Assembly: GCA_043819795.1 (NCBI GenBank)
Contig: JBDREN010000144.1
Location: 1-36,439 of the forward strand
DNA: 36,439 nucleotides
Source of the DNA: Elusimicrobiota bacterium
Lineage (GTDB): Bacteria > Elusimicrobiota > Elusimicrobia > UBA1565
Reading direction: 5' to 3'
Shown: piece by piece, positions 27,439-36,300 of the stretch
How positions within the stretch are numbered: position 1 is the first letter of the stretch
Layout of the letters: the number at the start of each line of letters is the position of its first letter
Program-made: the position numbers and the translations under genes
Notes under the pieces: model-generated
Seen by the model: only the letters and a program-made list of their open reading frames with translations
Databases searched by the model: none
What the model was told of the DNA's origin: nothing

Positions 27439-29196
27439 ATGAAAAGCTTCGTAAGCCTTCTGGCGGGAGTATTCTTCTTCGCGGCCGCGCTGCCGCTCGC
27501 GGCCGAGAGGTCCGCGGGATTCACCGTCGCGCAGGCGGACGATTCCGAGCCGCTGCCCGGCGAGCAGTTCCCGGACGAGTCGGCCGACGAGCTCTGGCCG
27601 GAGGAGCCCGCGGAGGAACCCGCCATCGAGGAGCCTGAAGAAGCGAAGGCCGAGGAGCCCGCCGTCGAGGAGCCTGAAGAAGCGAAGGCCGAGGAACCCG
27701 CCATCGAGGAGCCTGAAGAAGCGAAGGCCGAGGAGCCCGCCGTCGAGGAGCCTGAAGAAGCGAAGGCCGAGGAGCCCGCCGTCGAGGAGCCTGAAGAAGC
27801 GAAGGCCGAGGAGCCCGCCATCGAGGAGCCTGAAGAAGCGAAGGCCGAGGAGCCGGAAGAGGAGCCTGTCGAGGTGAAGGCTGAGGAGCCCGCGCCGGAG
27901 CCGGCCCAGAAGACCCGGAGTGTCCGCCGTCCTCGTCGGAGCCCCGCGGCGCAGGAAGCCCCTCCGGCCGCGAAGAAAGAGCCGGCCGATCCGAACCTCT
28001 CGCCGGATGAGCGAAGGGCGCGAGCGCAGCTCTCCTTTCTGAAAGACGCCTTCGAGAACCTGAATCCCGGGCTGTTCGAGCACCTGCTCAGAGAGATCGA
28101 CGGCTACCTCCAGAGCTACGGAGGGTACCCGTATTCGGACGAGGCCCTTTCCTTCAGGGCGCGGATCTACCAGCAGCAGAAGGACCATCCCGCCGAGGCC
28201 GTGACCCTTCTTCGGCTTCTGCACGAATATCCGAAATCCGGTTTCGCCCGCGACGCCAAGAAGCGGGTCACGGAGCTGGCCGGCCAGAGCTTCAAGGACC
28301 ACCGCGCCCTGCTCGAGGTCCTCGCCGAGGGACCCGCGGGCCAGGACTCCTCGGTGAACCTGGCCCGGCTCCTGCAGAGCCTGGCCAAGCTCAGGAACCC
28401 AGCCTTCTTCAAGGCGCTGCGCGTGGAGTTCGACCAATTCCTCAACCGGTACCCCACGCACGCGTGGGCGGACCGCATCGCGCGCCTGGCCGCCGACAAC
28501 CACGGGGTCGTCGACGACTACCGGGCCCAGGTCCTGTACTACCAAAAGTTGATCGCGCTCTATCCGGATTCCCCGATGAAACCGGAGCTGATGGTGGCCT
28601 CCGGAGACATCCTCGCCGAGAAAGTGGTCGATACCGACGCGGCCGTCGCCGCCTACCGCAAGGTGACCGAGGAGATGCCGGAAAAAGAGGAGGCCCAGGA
28701 GTCCTTCAATAAAATCGCCCAGCTCTACGAGAAGGAGAGGCGGTACGACGACTCCATCGATTCGCTGGAATCGCTGGTGAGCAAGTACCCCGGGACGGAC
28801 GCCGCCCTCCAGGCCCTCCTGTCGATCGCCCGCATCTACAACGACCGGACGAAGCAGTACGCCGAAACGGTGCAGACCTACGAGCGGGTGGCGGACATGT
28901 TCGAGGGGAATCCCGGCGTCGAGGCTCTCCGCAAAGCGGCCGACATCGCCGGCGAGAGCATGAAAGACTCCGCGATGCAGATCGCCATCCTGGACCGCAT
29001 CGTAAAGGACTACCCGCAGCGCGACGAGGCGGCCGAGGCCCTGTTCGAATCCGCGCAGATCCACGAGAAGCAGTCCCTGAAGATGGAGAAGGCCATCGAG
29101 CTCTACAAGAAGCTCCAGGAGGAATACTCCAACCACCGGCTGGCCCGCAAGGCCAGCTCCCGCCGCCGGAAGCTGGAGAAGAAGCTGGGCAATTAA
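27439..29196 (+). CDS. Exported TPR-repeat protein with acidic Glu/Pro repeat linker
   Basis: Signal peptide (LAA|E), EEPAxEEPEEAKA repeats, then TPR-like helix pairs with repeated YP motifs (HEYPKS, ALYPDS, SKYPGT, KDYPQR). Confidence 0.85.
   Translation: MKSFVSLLAGVFFFAAALPLAAERSAGFTVAQADDSEPLPGEQFPDESADELWPEEPAEEPAIEEPEEAKAEEPAVEEPEEAKAEEPAIEEPEEAKAEEPAVEEPEEAKAEEPAVEEPEEAKAEEPAIEEPEEAKAEEPEEEPVEVKAEEPAPEPAQKTRSVRRPRRSPAAQEAPPAAKKEPADPNLSPDERRARAQLSFLKDAFENLNPGLFEHLLREIDGYLQSYGGYPYSDEALSFRARIYQQQKDHPAEAVTLLRLLHEYPKSGFARDAKKRVTELAGQSFKDHRALLEVLAEGPAGQDSSVNLARLLQSLAKLRNPAFFKALRVEFDQFLNRYPTHAWADRIARLAADNHGVVDDYRAQVLYYQKLIALYPDSPMKPELMVASGDILAEKVVDTDAAVAAYRKVTEEMPEKEEAQESFNKIAQLYEKERRYDDSIDSLESLVSKYPGTDAALQALLSIARIYNDRTKQYAETVQTYERVADMFEGNPGVEALRKAADIAGESMKDSAMQIAILDRIVKDYPQRDEAAEALFESAQIHEKQSLKMEKAIELYKKLQEEYSNHRLARKASSRRRKLEKKLGN
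27613..27846 (+). repeat. Six-copy 39-bp coding tandem repeat
   Basis: GAGGA(A/G)CCCGCC(A/G)TCGAGGAGCCTGAAGAAGCGAAGGCC x6, differing at only two positions. Confidence 0.95.
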
Positions 29197-29203
29197 GCCG
29201 CCC

Positions 29204-29404
29204 ATGTCGGCCAACGGAGCCCAGCTCGCCTACCAGTACCTCGTCGGAGGGGCGTTCTTCTTCGTCACCCTCTGGCTCTGCTTCCGGCTGGGGGGCGCGC
29301 AGAAAGACCATCCCCAGGACCGCAAGTCCGCCAAGATCCTGCTGATCGGGTTCGCCGCCTACTTCTGCGCGCACACCCTCTGGATCGTCCTGGCCGGCCC
29401 CTGA
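29204..29404 (+). CDS. Small two-TM protein, probable SSS transporter accessory subunit
   Basis: 66 aa, two hydrophobic segments, 4 bp upstream of the SSS gene. Confidence 0.7.
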   Translation: MSANGAQLAYQYLVGGAFFFVTLWLCFRLGGAQKDHPQDRKSAKILLIGFAAYFCAHTLWIVLAGP

Positions 29405-29408
29405 TCCG

Positions 29409-31313
29409 ATGAAGCCCCTCGCCGGCGCACCCATCGACTACTGGATCATCGCAGCCTACTTCATCGGCATCCTGGTCTTCGGGACCGTGTTCAGCCGCTA
29501 CAGCCGCTCGACCAAGGACTTCTTCCTCGGGGGCCAGCGCTTCGCCTGGTGGCTGATCGCCTTCTCGTGCGTGGCCACGGTGGTGGGCTCCTACAGCTTC
29601 ATCAAGTACTCGGCGGCCGGCTTCTCCTACGGCCTGTCCGCCACCATGACCTACACGAACGACTGGTTCCTGGTCCCGCTCTTCGCCCTGGGATGGGCGC
29701 CCATCATCTACTTCGCCCGCGTGACGTCCATCCCCGAGTACTTCGAGAAGCGCTTCAACCGCCCCACGCGCGTGGCGGCCGTGGCCATCATGATGGTCTA
29801 CATGATCGGCTACGTGGGCATCAACTTCTACACGCTGGGCGTGGCGCTCAACGCGCTCTTGGGCGGGGGCATCTTCGAGCCCCTGGTGGCGGGCCTGGGC
29901 TCCGCGGCCCAGGCCGGCTACGCGCACTTAGGCGGGCACGTGTTCGGCTGGGCTGTGGTCATCGCGGTCGTGTGCTCGGTGTACGTGACATTCGGAGGGC
30001 AGACCGCGGTCATCATGACGGACCTCCTGCAGGGGATATTGCTGTTGGTCGCCGGGTTCGTCCTGCTCATCCTGGGCGTGGACTATCTCGGCGGATGGAA
30101 GGTCTTCTGGGACGGCCTGCCCGTGAGCCACCGGCTTCCCTTCTCCGGGTTCAACCAGCCCGCCAAGTTCCCGTTCGTGGGCGTCTTCTGGCAGGACCTA
30201 TTCGGAAGCTCCATGGCGTTCTATTTCGCGAACCAGGGGCTGATCATGCGGTTCCTGGCGGCCAAGAGCGTGAAGGAGGGCCGCAAGGCCATCTTCGCGG
30301 TGGTGCTCATCCTCATGCCCCTGGCCGCTGTGGCCGTGGCCGGAGCGGGGTGGGTGGGCAAGTCCATGCAGAGCCTGGGCATCCTGCCCCCGGACGCGGA
30401 CCCGAACAAGATCTTCGTCCTTGTGTCGGAGCTCGTCTGCAGGCCGGGAGTCTTCGGCCTCATCATGGCCGCGCTGACAGCCGCACTCATGAGCACGGTG
30501 GACACGCTGATCAACGCCTGCTCCGCGGTCTTCATCAACGACATCTGGAGGCCCTTCGTCCGGCCGGGACGCGGCGACGCGCACTACCTGAAGGTGGCGC
30601 GCGTCTCCTCCATCGCCATCTCCCTCATCGGCATCGCCTTGGTCCCGCTCTTCGCGCAGTTCAAGTCCATCTACGTGGCCCACGGGGCCTTCACCGCGGC
30701 GGTCACGCCCCCTCTCATCACCGCGATCATCCTGGCCATCCTCTGGAACAGGTACACCCCCTGGGCGGCCTTCGCCACGCTGACCGGAGGGACGCTCGCC
30801 ATGGCCGTGTCCTTGAAATGGGAGGGCGTGATCGGCCCCTTCGCCGCGCTCCACGGGATCGAGCCCGGCGTCGGCTACAAGTACATGAGGGCCCTCTACG
30901 GCTTCGCGGCCTGCGGGGCCATCGCGGTCGTGGCCACGCTGCTGACAAGACCCAGAAAGGCCAACAGCATCATCGGGCTGACGGTGAGCACGATCCCCGA
31001 GGGAAAGCGGCTCTACAAGGGCGGGGCCCCCAACGACCGCGAGCCGGGCGAGACGCTTCTGCTCGAGCTCAAGGCCGCCCGGTCCGGATCCAAGGCCCTG
31101 CTTCATCCCTCCGACCTCAATCGCCTGGCCGGAAAGCGCGGGGACCTCATCTATGTGGAGGACCGCCGCTGGTGGCTGGGAGGCCTTCGCTCCGTGCACG
31201 TGACGGCCGAGCCGTCCGGAGCGCAAGCCGGAGCCGTGGTGCTGCCCGACCGGTTCATCGAGGAAGGCGGGCTCAGGCCCGGCGACCAAGTCCGCGTGCA
31301 GAAAGTGATCTAG
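29409..31313 (+). CDS. Sodium:solute symporter with C-terminal soluble domain
   Basis: DYWIIAAYF, DFFLGG, SIPEYFEKRF, GGQTAVIMTDLLQ, QGLIMRFLAAKS, AALMSTVDT; ~90-aa hydrophilic tail. Confidence 0.92.
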   Translation: MKPLAGAPIDYWIIAAYFIGILVFGTVFSRYSRSTKDFFLGGQRFAWWLIAFSCVATVVGSYSFIKYSAAGFSYGLSATMTYTNDWFLVPLFALGWAPIIYFARVTSIPEYFEKRFNRPTRVAAVAIMMVYMIGYVGINFYTLGVALNALLGGGIFEPLVAGLGSAAQAGYAHLGGHVFGWAVVIAVVCSVYVTFGGQTAVIMTDLLQGILLLVAGFVLLILGVDYLGGWKVFWDGLPVSHRLPFSGFNQPAKFPFVGVFWQDLFGSSMAFYFANQGLIMRFLAAKSVKEGRKAIFAVVLILMPLAAVAVAGAGWVGKSMQSLGILPPDADPNKIFVLVSELVCRPGVFGLIMAALTAALMSTVDTLINACSAVFINDIWRPFVRPGRGDAHYLKVARVSSIAISLIGIALVPLFAQFKSIYVAHGAFTAAVTPPLITAIILAILWNRYTPWAAFATLTGGTLAMAVSLKWEGVIGPFAALHGIEPGVGYKYMRALYGFAACGAIAVVATLLTRPRKANSIIGLTVSTIPEGKRLYKGGAPNDREPGETLLLELKAARSGSKALLHPSDLNRLAGKRGDLIYVEDRRWWLGGLRSVHVTAEPSGAQAGAVVLPDRFIEEGGLRPGDQVRVQKVI

Positions 31314-32203
31314 TGCGTCCGCTCCTAGGCTGCCTCCTCTCTCTGGGTCTGGCCGTCCAAGCGGCCGAGACCGTTGCCCCCTCCCCCTCCCGGCGCATTG
31401 AGGTGCACGGCCACCGCGGCGCGCGGGCCGTGCTCCCCGAGAACACACTGGCCGCGTTCGCGGAGGCCCTGCGCGTAGGAGTCGATGTCCTGGAGTTGGA
31501 CCTGGTGGCGACCAAGGACGACGTCCTGGTCGTCTCCCACGACCAGGAGGTCAACCGCACGCTCTGCCTGGGGCCCGGAGGCAAGAAGGTCCGGGGACCG
31601 ATCCCGATCCGGTCGTTGACAGTCAACGAAGTCCAGTCCTATGACTGCGGCTCTCTCAAGAACCCCCGCTTCCCGAAGCAGAAGCCGGTCCCGGGCGAGA
31701 GAATCCCGACGCTGGACGAGGTCTTCCGCATGGTCCTCGGCTCCGAGCATCCCGCGGCCAAGACCGTCCGCTTCAACATCGAGACCAAGATCGTGCCGGC
31801 GCGCCCCGAGCTCTCGCCCACTCCCGGGCGCTTTGCGAAGCTCGTGGTGGACGCGGTCCGCAAGCACGGCTTGGCCGGCAAAGTGATCGTGCAGTCCTTC
31901 GACTACCGGACTTTGGCCGCGGTCAAGGAGCTGGCCCCGGAGATCAAGATCGCCGTGCTAATCTCCGAGAACCTTCCCGACCTTCCTGCCATCGCCGAGG
32001 CTCTCGGCGCGGAGATCATCAGCCCCAACCACCGCTGGATCACGAAAGAAGAAGTCCGGAGGCTCCAGGAGCAAGGCGTCCGGGTCGTGCCGTGGACCGT
32101 GAACGAAGAGGACGACTGGATCAGGATGCTGGAGTACGGGGTCGACGGGATCATCACCGACGATCCCGAGCGCCTGATAGACTTCCTTTCCAAACGGCGC
32201 TGA
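31313..32203 (+). CDS. Exported glycerophosphodiester phosphodiesterase
   Basis: GTG start overlapping the SSS stop (TAGTG); signal peptide; HGHRGARAVLPENT, ELDL, SHD, NIETK, QSFD, WTVN, GVDGIITDDP. Confidence 0.92.
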   Translation: MRPLLGCLLSLGLAVQAAETVAPSPSRRIEVHGHRGARAVLPENTLAAFAEALRVGVDVLELDLVATKDDVLVVSHDQEVNRTLCLGPGGKKVRGPIPIRSLTVNEVQSYDCGSLKNPRFPKQKPVPGERIPTLDEVFRMVLGSEHPAAKTVRFNIETKIVPARPELSPTPGRFAKLVVDAVRKHGLAGKVIVQSFDYRTLAAVKELAPEIKIAVLISENLPDLPAIAEALGAEIISPNHRWITKEEVRRLQEQGVRVVPWTVNEEDDWIRMLEYGVDGIITDDPERLIDFLSKRR

Positions 32204-32440
32204 AGGCCTCACCCGCCACACGCACCGCGCCGAACCGCTCGGGCACCCGCCGGCCGCGCGGATTCGCTCGATTGCCGGCCGCGACCCGCGCCGGCGACTC
32301 GATTCTGCTGACAGTTATTTTTTCTCCTGCTTTTACAAGCTTTTTATTCACAACCCCGTCAGCTGGTTGTCCTTGATATGTCAGCGGTTTTAGGGCTATA
32401 TATGAATACCGGTACGGACAATCGGTCTTACGGGGGAGAC

Positions 32441-35400
32441 ATGAAAGCGCATCTCATCGGAAGAGCGGCGGCAGTGACCTCGCTGGCTTTGGCCGGGCTG
32501 TTGTGTCTTGCGACGCCGGCCGCGGCCGAAGACCCCGTCCATTTCCCCGACGCCAACTTGAAGGCCGCTGTGGAGGCCCAACTGGGCGTCACCGATCCCA
32601 CGCCGACGGACATGCTCTCCCTGACGTATCTCCGCGCCGAGAGCAAAGGGATCACGGACCTTACGGGTCTCGAGTATGCCACGGATATGACGAGGCTCGT
32701 CCTCAACTATAATCAGATCAGCGACGTCTCCCCGCTCGCGGGGCTGACGGACATGACGTGGCTGGAAATCTACAGCAATCGGATCAGCGACATCTCCGCG
32801 CTCGCGGGGATGACGAAAATGACGAGACTGGAACTCTACGGCAATCAGATCAGCGACATCTCTCCCCTGGCGGGGATGACGGATATGACGAGGATCATGC
32901 TGCGAGTCAATCAGATCAGCGACATCTCCGCGCTCGCGGGGATGACGAAGATGACGAGGCTTTGGCTGGGCAGCAATCAGATCAGCGATATCTCCGCGCT
33001 GGCGGGGATGACGGGCATGAGGACGCTTTACTTCGAAAACAATCAGATCAGCGACATCTCCGCGCTGGCGGGGATGACGGGCATGACGTCTCTCACTCTG
33101 GAAAACAATCAAATCAGCGACATCTCCGCGCTGGCGGGGATGACGAGCCTGGGATGGCTCTATCTGAGCGGCAATCAGGTCAGCGACATCTCCGCGGTGT
33201 CGGGGCTGATGAGTCTGACGGAGCTCAACCTGGACGACAATCAGATCAGCGACATCTCCCCCCTGGCGGGGATGACGTCTCTGCGGTGGCTGCAGCTCCA
33301 AAACAACCAGATCAGCGACATCTCCGCGCTGGCGGGGATGACGAGCCTGATCTATCTGCATCTGTCCAACAATCCCTTGAATTGCGCGGCCTATGACATC
33401 TATCTGCCGCTGATCGAAGACAATAATCCCGGCACCTATCTGTTCTTCGACGCCAATCCCTATACGCCCGGGTTCTGCGCGGGACTCCCAGTCCTTTTCG
33501 CCGACGCCAACTTGAAGGCGGCCGTGGAGAACGCCCTGGGCATTTCCGACCCCACGCCGACGGACATGCTTTCCTTGACGGAACTCCGCGCGGACGGTAG
33601 AGGGATCATGGACCTCACGGGGCTCGAGTATGCCACGAGTCTGACGCGACTCTACCTGACCAGCAACCAGATCAGCGACCTCTCCCCGCTGGCGGGGCTG
33701 ACGAGTCTCGAGGATCTCTTCCTCGAGTACAACCGGATCAGCGACATCTCCGCGGTGTCCGGGCTGACGAGCCTGAACAGGATCACTCTTAACAGCAACC
33801 AGATCAGCGCCATTCCCCCGCTGGCGGGGCTGACGAACCTGATATATCTCCGTCTGGAATACAATCAGATCAGCGACATCTCCGGGCTGGCAGGGATGCC
33901 GAATATGGGACGCCTCTATCTGCACTACAATCAGATCAGCGACATCTCCGCGCTGGCGGGGATGACGACTCTGACGCTCCTTTCCCTGGAAAACAACCAA
34001 ATCAGCGACGTCACCGCGCTGTCGGGGCTGACGAACCTGACGCATCTCTATCTGCACTGGAATCAGATCAGCGATCTCCCCGCGCTATCGGGCCTGACGC
34101 GTCTAACGTATCTCCGTCTGGAAAACAACCAGCTCAGCGACATCTCCGGGCTGTCGGGGGTGTCGAGTCTGAGGGAGCTTCATGCGCAGAACAACCAGAT
34201 CAGCGACGTCTCCCCCCTTTCGGAGATGGCGGATCTGACGTATCTTCGCATGGAAAGAAACCAAATCAGCGACATCTCCCCGCTGGCGGGGCTGACCAGC
34301 CTGACGAATCTGCTCCTGCATGACAATCAGATCAGCGACATCTCCGCGCTCTCGGGGATGACGAGCATGACGACCCTCTACCTCTACAACAACCAGATCG
34401 CCGACATCTCCGCGCTCTCGGAGATGACGAGCCTGACGGTCCTCTATCTCTACCGCAATCAGGCCACCGACATCTCCGCGCTCGCGGGAATGACAAGCGT
34501 GACGGGACTCTATCTAGGAGAGAATCAGATCAGCGACGTCTCCCCGCTTTCGGAGCTGACAAATGTGATGTACCTCCATCTTTACAACAACCAGATCAGC
34601 GACATCTCCGCGCTCGCGGGGATGACGAGCCTGAAGACGCTTTATCTGCAGAACAACGCCCTGGATTGCGAGGCCTATACCACTTATCTGCCCTTGATCG
34701 AAGAAAATAACCCTGGTATTTACATGGCATACGACCCCTCGACCTGTGGGCCTGAGGACGGCGACGACGACGGCGTGCCCGACGAGGAAGACAACTGTCC
34801 CACGACCGCCAACCCGGGTCAGGCGGACGCCGACGGCGACGGTCTGGGCGACGCCTGCGAATCATGCCCCAACGACCCCGCAAACGACGCCGACGCCGAC
34901 GGCGTGTGCGGCGACGCGGATAACTGCCCCGCGGCCGACAACCCGGGCCAGACCGACGCCGACGCCGACGGCCAAGGCGACGCCTGCGACGCATGCCCCG
35001 ACGACTCCGCAAACGACGCCGACGGCGACGGGGTCTGCGGCGACGTCGACAACTGTCCTGCGGCCTTCAACCCCGGCCAGGCGGACGCCGATACCGACGG
35101 TTCAGGCGACGCCTGCGACGCATGCCCCAACGATCCGGCCGATGACGCCGACGGGGACGGAATCTGTGGCGACGTGGACAACTGCCCCGTGGCCGCCAAC
35201 GCGGGCCAGACGGACGCCGACGCCGACGGCCTGGGCGACGCCTGCGACGCCTGCCCGAACGACCCCGCAAACGACGCCGACGGCGACGGCGCGTGCGGCG
35301 ACGAGGATAACTGCCCCGCGACCCCCAACCCCGACCAGACGGACGCCGACGGCGACGGTTTAGGCGACGCCTGCGACGCTTGCCCGAACGATCCTGACGA

Positions 35401-36058
35401 CGACGTGGACGGCGACGGCGTGTGCGGCGACGTGGACAACTGCCCCGCGGCCGACAACCCGGATCAGGCGGACTTCGACGGCGACGGGGCCGGCGACGTC
35501 TGCGACCCCGATATCGACGGCGACGGAACGGCGAACGAGGCGGACGCCGACGCCAGCGCCACGGTGGGCTCCGAGGGCGGCACAGTCGAGACCGGGGATA
35601 TCACGGTCGCTCTCCCGCCCGGGGCCGTCGGCGACCCGACCACCATCACCGCCGTTAGCGGCGAAGGCGGTCTCACCATCGGGACGAACAAGGGTAAGGC
35701 GTTCACCCTCATGGACTATGAGCTCCTGCCCGTTGGGGCGAACTTCAACGAGCCGGTCACGCTGGTATTCCGATACGACGAGTCCCTCCTCAACAACCCC
35801 AGGCAGGAATCGCACCTGGATATCTATCGGCTCAATCCGGCGACCCAGCGATGGGAACCGCAGGGAGCGACGTTGAATATGGCCGCGAACACGTTGACTT
35901 TGGTTACCAATCACTTCAGCAACTACGCGGTGGCCCGGCTTGCGCTGCCGCCCGGGATGGTCGAGCCGCCCGCCGGCTTCAATAAGGGAGAGAAGGAGGG
36001 CTGGCCGGGCGATGCCCCGCCCGGCTTCGGCCAGGGGGAGAAGAACGGCTGGAAGTAG
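32441..36058 (+). CDS. Large secreted LRR (internalin-like) plus thrombospondin type-3 repeat surface protein
   Basis: GGGGGAG RBS, signal peptide (AAA|E); two capped LRR blocks; Asp/Cys-rich DxDxDG...DNCP repeats; ZU5/GAIN-like end (VTNHFSNYAV); PPGFxxGEKxGW tail. Confidence 0.9.
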   Translation: MKAHLIGRAAAVTSLALAGLLCLATPAAAEDPVHFPDANLKAAVEAQLGVTDPTPTDMLSLTYLRAESKGITDLTGLEYATDMTRLVLNYNQISDVSPLAGLTDMTWLEIYSNRISDISALAGMTKMTRLELYGNQISDISPLAGMTDMTRIMLRVNQISDISALAGMTKMTRLWLGSNQISDISALAGMTGMRTLYFENNQISDISALAGMTGMTSLTLENNQISDISALAGMTSLGWLYLSGNQVSDISAVSGLMSLTELNLDDNQISDISPLAGMTSLRWLQLQNNQISDISALAGMTSLIYLHLSNNPLNCAAYDIYLPLIEDNNPGTYLFFDANPYTPGFCAGLPVLFADANLKAAVENALGISDPTPTDMLSLTELRADGRGIMDLTGLEYATSLTRLYLTSNQISDLSPLAGLTSLEDLFLEYNRISDISAVSGLTSLNRITLNSNQISAIPPLAGLTNLIYLRLEYNQISDISGLAGMPNMGRLYLHYNQISDISALAGMTTLTLLSLENNQISDVTALSGLTNLTHLYLHWNQISDLPALSGLTRLTYLRLENNQLSDISGLSGVSSLRELHAQNNQISDVSPLSEMADLTYLRMERNQISDISPLAGLTSLTNLLLHDNQISDISALSGMTSMTTLYLYNNQIADISALSEMTSLTVLYLYRNQATDISALAGMTSVTGLYLGENQISDVSPLSELTNVMYLHLYNNQISDISALAGMTSLKTLYLQNNALDCEAYTTYLPLIEENNPGIYMAYDPSTCGPEDGDDDGVPDEEDNCPTTANPGQADADGDGLGDACESCPNDPANDADADGVCGDADNCPAADNPGQTDADADGQGDACDACPDDSANDADGDGVCGDVDNCPAAFNPGQADADTDGSGDACDACPNDPADDADGDGICGDVDNCPVAANAGQTDADADGLGDACDACPNDPANDADGDGACGDEDNCPATPNPDQTDADGDGLGDACDACPNDPDDDVDGDGVCGDVDNCPAADNPDQADFDGDGAGDVCDPDIDGDGTANEADADASATVGSEGGTVETGDITVALPPGAVGDPTTITAVSGEGGLTIGTNKGKAFTLMDYELLPVGANFNEPVTLVFRYDESLLNNPRQESHLDIYRLNPATQRWEPQGATLNMAANTLTLVTNHFSNYAVARLALPPGMVEPPAGFNKGEKEGWPGDAPPGFGQGEKNGWK
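32678..34660 (+). repeat. 66-bp LRR-coding repeats (10 + 15 full 22-aa units in two blocks)
   Basis: Near-constant AATCAGATCAGCGACATCTCCGCGCTGGCGGGGATGACG core alternating with 27-bp variable segments. Confidence 0.92.
34757..35553 (+). repeat. About six 129-bp (43-aa) TSP3-like Ca-binding repeats
   Basis: DADGDGVCGDxDNCPxxxNPxQxDADxDGxGDACDACPNDPxx units. Confidence 0.88.
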
Positions 36059-36100
36059 CGCCCCGGACGCGGGGCCGGACCTATCTGAGCCGGGGCCCGG

Positions 36101-36300
36101 TCAGAGGACGATGATTCGGTAGCCTTTGTCCACCCGCCTCTTCAGGCTGGGATGGCCCGCGAAATCGCCGACGAGGGGCTCGCCTTTGAGTCCGTCCTTC
36201 ACCTTGAAGGCGCCGGCGCAGTAATCGCAGATCTCCCGGACGATCCCCAGGCTCTTGAGCTCCTCGTACTTGCCATGAAGCTTGCTGTCCGGGTCCTTAA
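36101..36300 (-). pseudogene. C-terminal half of a DsrE-family protein, truncated at TTAA
   Basis: KDPDSKLHGKYEEL...ICDYCAGAF...GHPSLKRRVDKGYRIIVL matches the DsrE-like C-half; the expected N-half (IFDGAG-type motif) is absent and replaced by unrelated sequence from 36301. Confidence 0.6.

Noticed and set aside
29549..32203. 884-aa ORF suggesting a long GDPD fusion
   Set aside because: The upstream part is an off-frame shadow of the SSS gene; the real GDPD starts at GTG 31313 with a signal peptide.
32678..34660. CRISPR-like pattern of 39-bp repeats and 27-bp spacers
   Set aside because: The period is exactly 22 codons in one open frame, the spacers keep the LxxLxL pattern, the repeats are non-palindromic and degenerate, and there are no cas genes. 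It is an LRR.
32441..36058. Diversity-generating retroelement target
   Set aside because: No reverse transcriptase or TR/VR pair with adenine-specific differences in the window.
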